Of a stretch of DNA of 64,000 nt, positions 51,308 to 60,986 are shown piece after piece. Position numbers and translations under genes: made by a program. The number at the start of each line of letters is the position of its first letter. Position 1 is the first letter of the stretch. Origin of the DNA: Acidobacteriota bacterium (GTDB lineage: Bacteria; Acidobacteriota; UBA6911; RPQK01; JAJDTT01); the NCBI GenBank assembly GCA_965217775.1, contig CBDCJH010000002.1, positions 5,120,001 to 5,184,000 of the forward strand, given 5' to 3'. The notes under the pieces are model-generated. The model was not told the DNA's origin. It did no database searches and saw nothing but the letters and a program-made list of their open reading frames with translations.

Positions 51308-51655
51308 TCAGGATTCGTTTTGATTCACGAGAACAGCCAGCTTCTCAAAAACTTCGCTCACTACCCGGGGCGGCGCCTTCGATTCGAAACGGACCCGTTT
51401 GGCCAGGCAATCCAGGCTCTTGATCTGGTCGGGCAAAATGACCCCGGCGCCGGCAGCAGGAAGGGCGACCTCGAAGGGATAGCCTTTGGCTCGGGAGGTG
51501 ATGGGGCAGAACAGGGCGAGGCCGGGTTTCTGATTGTAGCTTCTCGGGCACAGCGCCAGGGCCGGGAAGCGTCCGGCTTGTTCATGGCCGGCTTTAAGAT
51601 TGAAGGTCAGCCACACGATTTCCCCGTCTCCGGGGACGTAGGACCTCTTTACCAT
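51308..51655 (-). CDS. mazF: MazF/PemK toxin (possibly inactive)
   Basis: YVP..GEIVW..F...AGHEQAG, CPITS..KGYPFEV, DQIKSLD. Confidence 0.88.
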   Translation of the reverse strand: MVKRSYVPGDGEIVWLTFNLKAGHEQAGRFPALALCPRSYNQKPGLALFCPITSRAKGYPFEVALPAAGAGVILPDQIKSLDCLAKRVRFESKAPPRVVSEVFEKLAVLVNQNES

Positions 51656-51888
51656 GCCTCATTGCCTTGGGCGGGCCCGGTGTCCACCTCGGGATGCAGA
51701 TTCTCGTCCGTCACGGACGCCAGCATATCGGCCAAGCTGTAGGTCATCTTGCACAGTACGACTTGGTTGCCGCGCGAGACCATCTCGACGGTGGAGCCCT
51801 CATGCACCCCCCACTGCTCGGCGATGGGCTCGGGGATACGCACGGCCAAGCCGGACCCTCATTTGCAGATCTTTGATTTCGTACCCAA
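51649..51888 (-). pseudogene. mazE: MazE antitoxin with a nonsense codon
   Basis: AGGAGA RBS, TTG start: MGTKSKICK*GSGLAVRIP, TGA at 51859-51861 replacing the W of KWGNSL; operator TTTGTATCTACAAA at 51901-51914. Confidence 0.8.
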
Positions 51889-51979
51889 GGATAGTCTCCT
51901 TTTGTATCTACAAAAAATATCTTTTCCCGTGGTGTGATCAAGGCTCATCCGTGGAACGTTGAAGGGCCGGATCGCCCCC

Positions 51980-53494
51980 TCACTTGAACCGGAAGGAATA
52001 GATATCCGCATCCTTCATGACGAAGCGGAGCCGGATCGGCCTTTCCGCCAGACGGTCGAATCTCATGGGGTCGGTGGGGAGAAAACCCGGGCGGCTCCAC
52101 CGGATCCTTCTCTGAATGTGATCGCCGAAGATGACCGGCGATTCCTCCAGCGTGAAACCCGGAATGGGCTGCCCGTCCGCGTCCTGGACCTCGATTCGGA
52201 TGCTGCCCACGGCCGACGTCGAGAAGTTGAGGACCAGATCCCGGCCCTCGAATCGGAATGGCTTGGTGACGAATTCACCCCCGGAGTAGGGCGCTTTGAT
52301 GGAAGTAAAGCCGTCGGTGCGCAAGACGAAACGTTCCAGGTATGTGGACGGATAGGTGTAGTTGCGGGACGTGTAGATCGAAATCTCATCCGGGGCGGTG
52401 GGAACCACGCCCACGGCCGTGCTGTTGGTTCGGTGGATCCAGTTTCGTTCCTGCCGTCCCGGCCGGATGAAGGCCTCCGGAAAGGGGTTCCAGTCGATCC
52501 CGTCACGGCTGATCATGAAAACGGTCTCCGAAATGCCGGGCCGGGGAGCATCGTCGTGGATCTGCCGCAAGGGCTGGAAGCGCTTGGGAAAACCCAAGTA
52601 GATGTGAGGGGCCCGAAAATAGGGCGTGGCCGCGTTGGTGTAGAGGTGGTCCACGGGCCGGGCCTTGCCGTTGAAGGTGCAGGGGACCGGCTCGGTCCAG
52701 TTGAGAAGGTCCTTGGATGTGGTCCGGGCGAAGGTGCGCACGTCCTGGAGCATGTACCGGAAGTAGAAGACGTACTGTTGCTCCCACTCGGACCAGAAGA
52801 GGACGTTGACGGAGTCGAAGGCGTTGGGCAACGAGGTGACGAAGAGGGGGTCCTCCCGCCACTTCTTCCAGTGGAGCCCGTCGGGCGAGACCCAGAGCAC
52901 CAGGCCGATGGAGCGTTCGTTGGCCTGACCGAATCGGGGATTGATGCCCACTCCGCCCGGTGACTTGAAGCGGATCGCCGGGTCGACTCCCGGCCGGGTA
53001 TCCAGCAGGGGCGCTCCCCCAGCGTGGTCGGTGACGATGTTGTTTTCGGTGGATCCGTTGAACTCGTAGAGGCCCAGATTGGGCCGCGTCCACTGGATTC
53101 CGTCCCGGCTCTCGGCATAGCAGAGGAAGTTGGGATGCGGAGGCGTGAGTTTCTCGTCCGGTCTCAGTCCGGCCTTCCTGGCGTAGGTCGGATCGGTGCG
53201 ACCCATGTAGTACATCCGGAAGAGGTCGCCGTCCTTGAAGACGCTCAATTGCCAACTGGTGTTCCCCTCCCAGGGACGATCGAATTCCATGACTGTGCCG
53301 CCGGACCAGGGTGAGTGAGGGCGGATCTCCACACCCTTCATCTCGGCGATCAGATAGTCGTCCGCGAACAGCTCCAGTCGGGAACCGATGTCAACGGCTT
53401 CCATGGAAGTGGCCTCCGCCCCCGAAAGCAGGTGACCGGTCCAGGCCGTGGAACCGGCCAGCAGCATCAAGACTCGAAACCAGGATACGCGCAT
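51980..53494 (-). CDS. secreted glycoside-hydrolase-like beta-propeller protein
   Basis: Signal peptide, ELFADD, YAESRDGI.W.RP.LG, SRDG..W, LRTDGF. Confidence 0.75.
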   Translation of the reverse strand: MRVSWFRVLMLLAGSTAWTGHLLSGAEATSMEAVDIGSRLELFADDYLIAEMKGVEIRPHSPWSGGTVMEFDRPWEGNTSWQLSVFKDGDLFRMYYMGRTDPTYARKAGLRPDEKLTPPHPNFLCYAESRDGIQWTRPNLGLYEFNGSTENNIVTDHAGGAPLLDTRPGVDPAIRFKSPGGVGINPRFGQANERSIGLVLWVSPDGLHWKKWREDPLFVTSLPNAFDSVNVLFWSEWEQQYVFYFRYMLQDVRTFARTTSKDLLNWTEPVPCTFNGKARPVDHLYTNAATPYFRAPHIYLGFPKRFQPLRQIHDDAPRPGISETVFMISRDGIDWNPFPEAFIRPGRQERNWIHRTNSTAVGVVPTAPDEISIYTSRNYTYPSTYLERFVLRTDGFTSIKAPYSGGEFVTKPFRFEGRDLVLNFSTSAVGSIRIEVQDADGQPIPGFTLEESPVIFGDHIQRRIRWSRPGFLPTDPMRFDRLAERPIRLRFVMKDADIYSFRFK

Positions 53495-53646
53495 GATTCA
53501 CTCCTCGGTCGCAATTAGAACCGGTGTCTCGCAGGTTGTCACGTGGATGCGAAGAAATCCGATCGTGTTCGTATTGAAAACTCAATCGAGTGAGGATACG
53601 TTTCCTAACGATTCTCGCCAAGGGCTGCCAATAGGAGGGGTCGTGA

Positions 53647-54711
53647 ATGAGTCGGCATAAGGAATTCGATTTCGACAGCTTGCCCGAGGGCAGCAAGGAC
53701 TTCTACGAGCTGCGGTTGAAGGCACCGGATCTGACCCGTCTGACCGACGTCGTTCGGATGACCTGCGGCGACACGATTTCCCCGAACGCGATTTCTGACG
53801 CCATTGCGGCGCGGTTGGATGCCGGTTCGCTGTTGATCCCAGTCCTGGCGGTGAAAGGCGCCGGCCAGGGAAAGACTCTGGTGGCGACGGCCGGAGTTCA
53901 TGGGGACGAATACGAGGGCATGGAAGCCATCTTTCGCATCTTCGAAGCCCTCGACCCTTCCAACCTGTCCGGGACCTTCGTCGCGGTGCCGGTAGTGACG
54001 CTTCCGGCGTTCTGGCAGGCGACGCGGGCGAATCCTGTAGACGGCCTCAACATGGCCCGTATCTTTCCCGGGTCCCCTTCGGGGAGCATGAGCGAGCGGC
54101 TGGCCGCTCTGATGCTGGAGAAGGTCTTCCGGCATGCCGACCTCTACATCGACCTGCACAGCGCGGGCCGGAACAACGCCATGATGACTCTGGTCGGCTA
54201 CGCGGCCCTGGGCCGGCAGGCCGAGACGGCCCGGGCGGCGGCGGAGTGCTTCGGAGCCCCCATGATCTGGGAGCATCCCAAGGTCTCTCCCGGCCGCACG
54301 TTGACGGAGACCCTGAAATTGGAGATTCCGTCCCTCTACACCGAGGCGCGGGGAGGGGGCCGTGCCCATCCCGACGACGTGGATTGCTACACTCGGGGGC
54401 TTGCCAATCTGCTGGCGTTTCTCGATATGGCGCAACTCCCCGCTGCCGGCCTGGAAGCGGACTACGAGCCGCTGCGGCTCTGCGGCGACGGCGACGTGGA
54501 CGTCTCCATGAAGTCTCAGAGCAGCGGGCTCTTCTTCTCAGGCGCCCGTGTGGGGATGCGGGTTCGCGAAGGGGATCTGCTGGGAATGATCCGGGACCTG
54601 GACGGAACGCCGTTGGAGGAAGTCCGGAGTCCTCAGGACGGGGTCCTGGTGATGATCCGGACCAATCCCCGCATCTTCGCCGGTGAGGTCCTCCTGGTCA
54701 TCAACGCCTGA
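53647..54711 (+). CDS. succinylglutamate desuccinylase/aspartoacylase (M14) family protein
   Basis: AGVHGDEYEG, NMARIFPG, DLHS, C-terminal barrel-sandwich domain. Confidence 0.9.
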   Translation: MSRHKEFDFDSLPEGSKDFYELRLKAPDLTRLTDVVRMTCGDTISPNAISDAIAARLDAGSLLIPVLAVKGAGQGKTLVATAGVHGDEYEGMEAIFRIFEALDPSNLSGTFVAVPVVTLPAFWQATRANPVDGLNMARIFPGSPSGSMSERLAALMLEKVFRHADLYIDLHSAGRNNAMMTLVGYAALGRQAETARAAAECFGAPMIWEHPKVSPGRTLTETLKLEIPSLYTEARGGGRAHPDDVDCYTRGLANLLAFLDMAQLPAAGLEADYEPLRLCGDGDVDVSMKSQSSGLFFSGARVGMRVREGDLLGMIRDLDGTPLEEVRSPQDGVLVMIRTNPRIFAGEVLLVINA

Positions 54712-55029
54712 GCCGGCTCCATCACCGCATCCGTTCCTCTTAATGTCCGGTGGGACGGTTCAGTCCAGCCTCTTGATCTTGAGATTCCGGAACCAGACCG
54801 GATCGCTGTGGTCCTGAAGGACGATGTGGCCCACGTCGGCGAGCCCATAGTGGGGGAAATCCTTGAACTTGCTGGCGGCCACCCTCTGTTTCCAGTCCTC
54901 GCTGCGCAGTTCGTACTCCACGATCTTCTCGCCGTTCATCCAGTGCTCCACGTGGTTGCCGTGGGCGACGATTCCCACCTGGTTCCACTCGCCGGCCTTT
55001 CGAGCCACGTCCTTCGAGGGAGGATGAAG
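54481..55029 (+). repeat. ~550-bp direct repeat, copy A (astE-like 3' end + DUF1080 3' fragment)
   Basis: Colinear with 56136..56685. Confidence 0.9.
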
Positions 55030-55031
55030 CA

Positions 55032-55055
55032 GAAAAAAGTGACTGCCCCCTTCTC
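55032..55055 (+). repeat. junction motif, copy 6
   Basis: GAAAAAAGTGACTGCCCCCTTCTC. Confidence 0.8.
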
Positions 55056-55140
55056 GAAGCCAGAGCGCCACCAAACATATGACTTGGGGATAGATCCTTG
55101 TAGGATGGGCGCCGATTTTCCGTTAATCTGATAAAGGTCA

Positions 55141-55530
55141 ATGTCGCTAGGCGTGGTCGTCAAGGGCCCCGAGGCGTTAGTACTGGCAGCGGATACTCGA
55201 GTGACTGTTACTGGTCGACATCGTAATGGTCCTGAGATACCTGTCAACTTCGACGATTTGACCCTAACCTGCTTGAATTGCTGCGTCAGCGATTCAATCT
55301 GTCAGATTCTCAGACTCGGGAGTTTGCGAACGCTCTCAGACTAAATCTGGAGTACGCGATACCCTATAGCGTACTTCCGCTTCAGGCCTGCGTCGATCTC
55401 GCGACCTTCCTGATCAGAACCACGATGACTGCCCAAAGTCTTGCCGTTGGATTACGAGGTGTCGGTGGTGCCATCAACGTAGCGACGATAACCTGAAGAG
55501 ACGGCCTGAAGTGGGTCCAGAAAAAAAGAA
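55141..55530 (+). pseudogene. proteasome-beta/Ntn-hydrolase-like protein, internally deleted
   Basis: MSLGVVVKGPEALVLAADTRVT; C-terminal GVGGAINVATIT*RDGLKWVQKK in another frame. Confidence 0.6.
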
Positions 55531-55575
55531 TACGCGGAGAGAATCGCCATGTCAGACCAAACTTCGACCACTAGC

Positions 55576-55866
55576 ATGAAAAGCTGGATGCGTTCTGGGT
55601 GGAGGATTCTTCCTGGTAACGTCCTCGCAGAAAGTGAAGCGTTGATACCCCCTGCGCCTGCGGCGACCATGGACATATTCGATGAACGAGATAAATCGGA
55701 AAATCCGCTGCAAGAGAAACACGACTCCAATTGCGATTGGGAACTCTTGGAAGATCTGGCCGATGCACAAAAAGCGTTGGAAGAGTACGAAGCTGTAGGT
55801 ATAGAGGGCACTATCCCTTACAGCGAGTACCGAGCAAAGCGACTTGGTTCGAAATACCGAGTATGA
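55576..55866 (+). CDS. putative antitoxin
   Basis: Acidic ELLEDLAD...GTIPYSEY; directly upstream of the RelE gene; start uncertain. Confidence 0.55.
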   Translation: MKSWMRSGWRILPGNVLAESEALIPPAPAATMDIFDERDKSENPLQEKHDSNCDWELLEDLADAQKALEEYEAVGIEGTIPYSEYRAKRLGSKYRV

Positions 55867-56111
55867 CGTTCGCCTAACCCCTCATGCCGAGCGCGATCTT
55901 CAGCGCCTGTCCGCTACGGACTTTCGTCGAGTCGATGAGCGCATCGTATCCTTGGCGCAAGACCCGCGTCCCCACGGTGTTCGAAAACTTTGGAAAAAGG
56001 CCCATCGGTTACGCGTCGGTCCGTGGAGAATCATCTGCATCATCGATGACTCCAATGGGGATCGTTCTGGTAAACAAGGTCGTCCGCCGAGAGAAAAATA
56101 CCTACCGCTGA
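55844..56111 (+). pseudogene. RelE/ParE toxin, frameshifted
   Basis: Y.V.LT..AERDL..L, I..L..DPRP.G..KL, RLRVG.WRII; tail IVLVNKVVRREKNTYR* in another frame. Confidence 0.8.
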
Positions 56112-56135
56112 ATTGACCACGTAAAGGCGGGGCTT

Positions 56136-56685
56136 TGCGGCGACGGCGACGTGGATGTCTCCATGCGGTCCGGATGCAGCGGACTTTTCTTCTCGGCCGC
56201 CCGCCTGGGCATGCGGGTCCGGCGCGGGCAGGTGCTGGGAATGATTCGGGATCTGGACGGTACGCCCTTGCAGGAAGTCCGGAGTTCTCAGGATGGGGTG
56301 CTGGTGATGTTCCGAACCAATCCCCGCATCTTCGCCGGCGAGGTTCTGCTGGTCGTCAACGCCTGATCCGGCGCCTCGACCGCGGCCGTTCCTCTTTTGT
56401 GTTCGAAGGGACGGTTCAGTCCAACTTTCTGATCTTGATGTTCCGGAACCAGACCGGATCGCTGTGGTCCTGCAGGACGATGTGACCCACGTCGGCGAGC
56501 CCGTAGTGGGGGAGATCCTTGAACTTGCTGGCGGCCACCTTCTGTTTCCAGTCCTCGCTGCGCAGTTCGTACTCAACGATCTTCTCGCCGTTCATCCAGT
56601 GCTCCACGTGGTTGCCGTTGGCGACGATTCCCACCTGGTTCCACTCGCCGGCCTTTCGAACCACATCCTTCGAGGGGGGATGAAG
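56136..56685 (+). repeat. ~550-bp direct repeat, copy B
   Basis: Orphan astE-like 3' fragment plus the 3' end of the intact DUF1080 gene. Confidence 0.9.
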
Positions 56686-57150
56686 AGCGTAGTTGGCGCC
56701 GGCGCTGGTCTCCCGCTTGGCACCGTCGCGGTGGCCGGCATCGTCCAGAACCTGCATCTCCGGTCCCGTGAACCAGAGGCTTTCGAACTCCTCGCTGGCC
56801 CGAAAGAAAATGCCGCTGTTGCCGGCCTCCAGGACCTTCCATTCCAGCCGCAAATCGAAGTTGCCGTACTCTTCCCGGGTGATGATGTCCCCGGCCCGGA
56901 CCTTTCCGGTGTAGTGGATGGAGTCGTCGTTGACTTCCCACCCTTTCGGAACCTCCTGGCTCCTGAAACCTCGCCACTGATCCAGGTTCTTGCCGTCGAA
57001 GAGCAACGTCCAACCTTCGGCACGCTCCTCGTCGGTCAGGGTGTTCAACATCGGGGCCGCCTCCTCCTCCATCGCCGGCTCGGAGTCGGGTACGGCGCAG
57101 GAGGCGAAGCAGACCAATATTCCCGATAGCAGGGTTTTCGTTCTTGTCAT
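56416..57150 (-). CDS. DUF1080 (3-keto-disaccharide hydrolase) lipoprotein
   Basis: Lipobox FASC, GW.LLFDG, NSGIF, EMQVLD, GHIVLQDH, FRNIKIR. Confidence 0.92.
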   Translation of the reverse strand: MTRTKTLLSGILVCFASCAVPDSEPAMEEEAAPMLNTLTDEERAEGWTLLFDGKNLDQWRGFRSQEVPKGWEVNDDSIHYTGKVRAGDIITREEYGNFDLRLEWKVLEAGNSGIFFRASEEFESLWFTGPEMQVLDDAGHRDGAKRETSAGANYALHPPSKDVVRKAGEWNQVGIVANGNHVEHWMNGEKIVEYELRSEDWKQKVAASKFKDLPHYGLADVGHIVLQDHSDPVWFRNIKIRKLD

Positions 57151-57185
57151 GATGGTCTCCATCAAGGTCCGGAATGAAAGGGACT

Positions 57186-58037
57186 TCACACCCGGACGAA
57201 TTTGGTCAGGCCGCCGTTGACGCCCACCTCGCCGACGTAGATGTCGCCGCGGCTGTCCCCCCAAATGGCGTGGGGAGAGCCTGGGAATTGCCCTGGACCG
57301 TCCCCCTTTTCGCCCCAACGGGAGAGCAGTCGGCCGTCCCGGTCGAGGACGCTGACGCGCTGACGGAGTTCGGCAACGAAAACGGTCTCGTCCGGATCGA
57401 ACCAGACGAAGTCGGGCCCATATGGATCGGCCCACTCCCTCAGGTAGATTCCCTCGCCGTCGAAGATCTGAATCCGGTTGTTGGAGCGGTCGCAGACATA
57501 GACCAGGTATTCGGAATCGACCCAGACGTCATGAACCAGGTCGAATTGCCCGGGTCCCGTGCCCGGCTCGCCCCAACTCTTCAGGAGCACGCCGTCCGGT
57601 GAGAACTTGTGCACTTTGGCGTTGCCGTATCCGTCGCTGACGAACAGGCAACCGTCGGGGGCGATGGCCAGATTCGTGGGCAGGTTGAAAGGCACGCCTG
57701 GAGGACGGGGTACGCCAGGGGTGCCCAGGGTCCACTGCAACTCTCCGTCTGAGGTGAGTTTGTGGACACAGTGGCCTTGCCACTCGGTGCAGTAGAGGTT
57801 GTCTGCCGCATCGATGCGGAGGCCGTGAGCGTTGTGCAACAGATCCTCCCCCCAGGAGGTGAGGAAGTTTCCGTCCCGGTCGAAGACGACCATGGGGTGC
57901 TCGCTTCGGCTGTACACGTAGACTCGGTCCCGGCTGTCGACGGCGATGGCGGGAATCCAGCCGAAGGTCCAACCCGGCGGGAGCTTGGCCCAATCGCGCA
58001 CCGGTTCGTACTGATAGTCACCCTGTCCCACTCGCAT
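57186..58037 (-). CDS. NHL-repeat protein (PAL-like)
   Basis: VSDGYGN, WG..G.GPGQF..H, DRSNNRIQIFD. Confidence 0.88.
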   Translation of the reverse strand: MRVGQGDYQYEPVRDWAKLPPGWTFGWIPAIAVDSRDRVYVYSRSEHPMVVFDRDGNFLTSWGEDLLHNAHGLRIDAADNLYCTEWQGHCVHKLTSDGELQWTLGTPGVPRPPGVPFNLPTNLAIAPDGCLFVSDGYGNAKVHKFSPDGVLLKSWGEPGTGPGQFDLVHDVWVDSEYLVYVCDRSNNRIQIFDGEGIYLREWADPYGPDFVWFDPDETVFVAELRQRVSVLDRDGRLLSRWGEKGDGPGQFPGSPHAIWGDSRGDIYVGEVGVNGGLTKFVRV

Positions 58038-58453
58038 CCGGTCTCCTTACTGATTGGAGTGGAATTGGAACACCCGGACCTACCCCTGTCAACCGGCGGG
58101 CGTTCCGTATTTCCCACGTTGCTCTGAAAGTCAAAGGCGACTCCGCCTGGATCTTCTCGGAGCATTTCCTTGAAGGTGGAGATCAGCTACGGGTCGGCCA
58201 GCAGCCGCAGGAGAACGTCCCTGGAAATCAGAGCCATGTCCTGTCTCCGTTCCAGAAATGGCGAAACGTCCCGAAGAGCCTGTTCCCAGTCAATTTACTG
58301 CAACGAAATACGATCAGAGACAAATACGTTGAAGTTTCTCCCAATTGATATTAACCTTTGTTGTCGGCGGCCGGATCTGATGAATCGACCGTCGAGAGAA
58401 GCACTTCGGAGACCAAGGCGCAACCGAGCGCCAAAGCTCAGAAAGGATGAATC

Positions 58454-58780
58454 ATGAGAAAACCCGTATTCGCAATCGCCTATGTCGTCGTTCTGTTGGC
58501 TGGAGCGGGACTTGTCCTGGGCGCCCACCACGTCAAGACCCTCAAGGGTGAAGGCACCTGCGCCAAGTGCGGCTTGGGCGAAACGGCTTCCTGTCAGAAT
58601 GCCATCCAGGTGAAGAAGGATGGGAAGACCGTCACCTATTACATGGTCCACAACGACGTTGCCAAGAAGTTTCATGGCAACGTCTGCCAGGGCAGCAAGA
58701 GCATCAAGGCCAAGGGCACCGTGGCCAAAGAGGGCGGAAAGATGATGCTGACCGCCTCCTCGATCAAGGTGGTCGAATAG
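58454..58780 (+). CDS. secreted CxxC protein (DUF6370-like)
   Basis: Signal peptide, GEGTCAKC, C..A, H..VC. Confidence 0.7.
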   Translation: MRKPVFAIAYVVVLLAGAGLVLGAHHVKTLKGEGTCAKCGLGETASCQNAIQVKKDGKTVTYYMVHNDVAKKFHGNVCQGSKSIKAKGTVAKEGGKMMLTASSIKVVE

Positions 58781-58820
58781 AGGGGTTCACCCTCCACGGC
58801 TCGCAATCTCGCATTCTCAC

Positions 58821-58853
58821 GTCAGTCCGACACTCTACCGGAGTCGGACTGGC
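58821..58853 (+). terminator. hairpin after the CxxC gene
   Basis: GTCAGTCCGAC...GTCGGACTGGC. Confidence 0.45.
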
Positions 58854-58961
58854 GTGGATCGTGCGGGCTCTTGAGCCTCGTTCCCTATCTTTCAGGCGAC
58901 GCAGGAATCGGGCGGCTTTTGCCAGTCGCCCGAATGAGCCGTAGCCGAAGGCTCATCTCCC

Positions 58962-59228
58962 ATGTCTGCCCCTGCCAAGCTCCTGGTCCTGCTTGGTGTA
59001 GCTCTTTTTGTGGGCTACCTCCTGTATTCCAGTCTGAGTCTCCGCAAGTTCAGTTGCGAGGTCTGTGTCGAATTCCGAGGCCGGACCGTTTGCCGCACGG
59101 CGGCCGGGGCGACTCGGGAAGAAGCCCAGAGAACGGCTGTAGAGCTCGCCTGCGCCGTCTTGGCCTCGGGCCGGACGGAGAGCATGCGCTGTAACGAGAC
59201 GCCACCGAAGAGCATTCGCTGGAAGTGA
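58962..59228 (+). CDS. small Cys-rich membrane-anchored protein
   Basis: TM helix plus CEVC...C...C...C. Confidence 0.65.
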   Translation: MSAPAKLLVLLGVALFVGYLLYSSLSLRKFSCEVCVEFRGRTVCRTAAGATREEAQRTAVELACAVLASGRTESMRCNETPPKSIRWK

Positions 59229-59275
59229 GGTCCAATCTCTAATTTCCCTCGGCTTTCGAATCTGGCGGGAACACA

Positions 59276-59662
59276 ATGCACGTAGAAGTCCGAAACCTGG
59301 AGGATGTCATCCTCGTCGACATGGAAGGCCGCTTGGTGGCAGGCGTCGGGGATCAGATGCTTCGGGAGGTCATGGATGAGTTGATCGCCGAGGGGTGGCA
59401 GAAGATCCTGTTGAATCTCTCCGGCGTCTCCTGGATCGACAGTTCCGGCATCGGCGAACTGGTTGCAGGAATCAGGCTGGCCAAGCGTTTCAACTGCTCG
59501 GTGAAGCTGCTGAGAGCGGGCGACCGGGTCAAGCACGTCCTCTCTCTCAGCCAGCTCCTGCCCCTGCTGGAAATCTACGAAACCGAGGAGGAGGCCCTGG
59601 ACCGGTTTCGCGCTGAAAACCCGTCTCCTCCGCCGGAAGGGACCGGTTCAGACCGGCAGTGA
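59276..59662 (+). CDS. STAS anti-sigma-factor antagonist
   Basis: LNLSGV.WIDSSGIGEL. Confidence 0.92.
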   Translation: MHVEVRNLEDVILVDMEGRLVAGVGDQMLREVMDELIAEGWQKILLNLSGVSWIDSSGIGELVAGIRLAKRFNCSVKLLRAGDRVKHVLSLSQLLPLLEIYETEEEALDRFRAENPSPPPEGTGSDRQ

Positions 59663-60850
59663 GTCGCCGGGTGCCAGGATGGGAGGGGAGCAGGACACGG
59701 ACTCGGGGTATTTGAGTCCGGATCCGGTGTTGAGAAGAAGCACCCTCTCGCCGGGCCGGATCCAACCCGATTGACTCAGTTTCCGCGCCGCGGCCAGAGT
59801 GGCCGCCCCCTCCGGACAGATGAATGTTCCCTCGCTGCGGGCCAGCAGCCGTTGTGCCTGAAGGATCTCCTCGTCCGAGGTCTCGACGGCGCAGCCGCCG
59901 GTGTCGTACAGAGCGTCCAGAACCAGGAAGTCTCCCAGGGCTTTCGGGACCGTGATTCCGAAGGCCACGGTCCGGGCGTCCGCCCAGAACTCCGATTCCC
60001 GGCGGCCCGACTCCCAGGCGCGGACGATGGGAGCGCATCCGCTGGACTGGACCGACACCATTCGAGGAAAAGGCTGATCCAGCCATCCCAGCTCCCGTAG
60101 TTCCCGGAAGACTTTGTGGATGCCGATGAGCCCCACGCCGCCCCCGGTGGGGTAGACGATCACGTCCGGGAGCTGCCACTGGAACTGCTCTGCCAACTCC
60201 AGTCCCATGGTCTTCTTGCCCTCGATCCGGTAGGGCTCCTTCAGGGTCGAGGCGTCATACCAGCCGTGCCGCTCCACCCCGCCGGCCACCTGCTTCCCTG
60301 CGTCGCTGATCAGGCCGTCCACCAGGTAGAAGGTGGCGCCCGTCACGGCGCACTCCTTGCGGTGGATCAAGGGAGCGTCCGTGGGCATGACGATGACGCA
60401 TTCGATGCCGGCGGCAGCGCTGTAGGCCGCCCATGCGGCGCCGGCGTTGCCGTTGGTGGGCATGGCCAGGGCTTCGACCCCAAGCTCCCGGGCTCGAGAG
60501 ACGCCGACGGCGGCGCCCCGGGCCTTGAAGGTCCCGGTCGGCAGCAGGCCTTCATCCTTCATGTAGAGCCTGGAAAGCCCGACCCGGGCACCGGCCCGGT
60601 GCAATCTCAACAGCGGTGTCATCTGCTCTCCCAGGGAAACCCGCGCGTCGGGTTCGCGGAGGGGAAGCAGTTCCCGATACCGCCAGAGGCTCTGCTCACG
60701 TCCTCCGAATTCCGCCGGGTGCACCGTCTCCCGAACCCGATTCAGGTCGTAGCGAACCAGGAGCGGTCCGCCGCAGCCGCAGAGATGGGCCGGCTTCTCG
60801 CAATCGTGGGTGGCCTCGCAGCGTGCGCACTCCAAATGGGTAAAGAACAT
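59648..60850 (-). CDS. thrC: threonine synthase
   Basis: LWRYRELLP, PTGTFKARG, EGKKTMG, PTGGG, NTGSGLKY. Confidence 0.9.
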   Translation of the reverse strand: MFFTHLECARCEATHDCEKPAHLCGCGGPLLVRYDLNRVRETVHPAEFGGREQSLWRYRELLPLREPDARVSLGEQMTPLLRLHRAGARVGLSRLYMKDEGLLPTGTFKARGAAVGVSRARELGVEALAMPTNGNAGAAWAAYSAAAGIECVIVMPTDAPLIHRKECAVTGATFYLVDGLISDAGKQVAGGVERHGWYDASTLKEPYRIEGKKTMGLELAEQFQWQLPDVIVYPTGGGVGLIGIHKVFRELRELGWLDQPFPRMVSVQSSGCAPIVRAWESGRRESEFWADARTVAFGITVPKALGDFLVLDALYDTGGCAVETSDEEILQAQRLLARSEGTFICPEGAATLAAARKLSQSGWIRPGERVLLLNTGSGLKYPESVSCSPPILAPGDSLPV

Positions 60851-60986
60851 GGATCTCTTCTACCTCCACGAGCCAGGGACCCCGGCCCCGGCCCCGAGAC
60901 ATTATAATTGGACTCTATGGCTGGCGATTCCAGTTCCCTCGATAATCGTAGATCGCTCTGGTCGCCGCCCGTAAGGAGCAGGTGAG

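Noticed and set aside
48019-51960. Classical tRNA-integrated island or prophage
   Set aside because: No integrase and no duplicated tRNA 3' end found.
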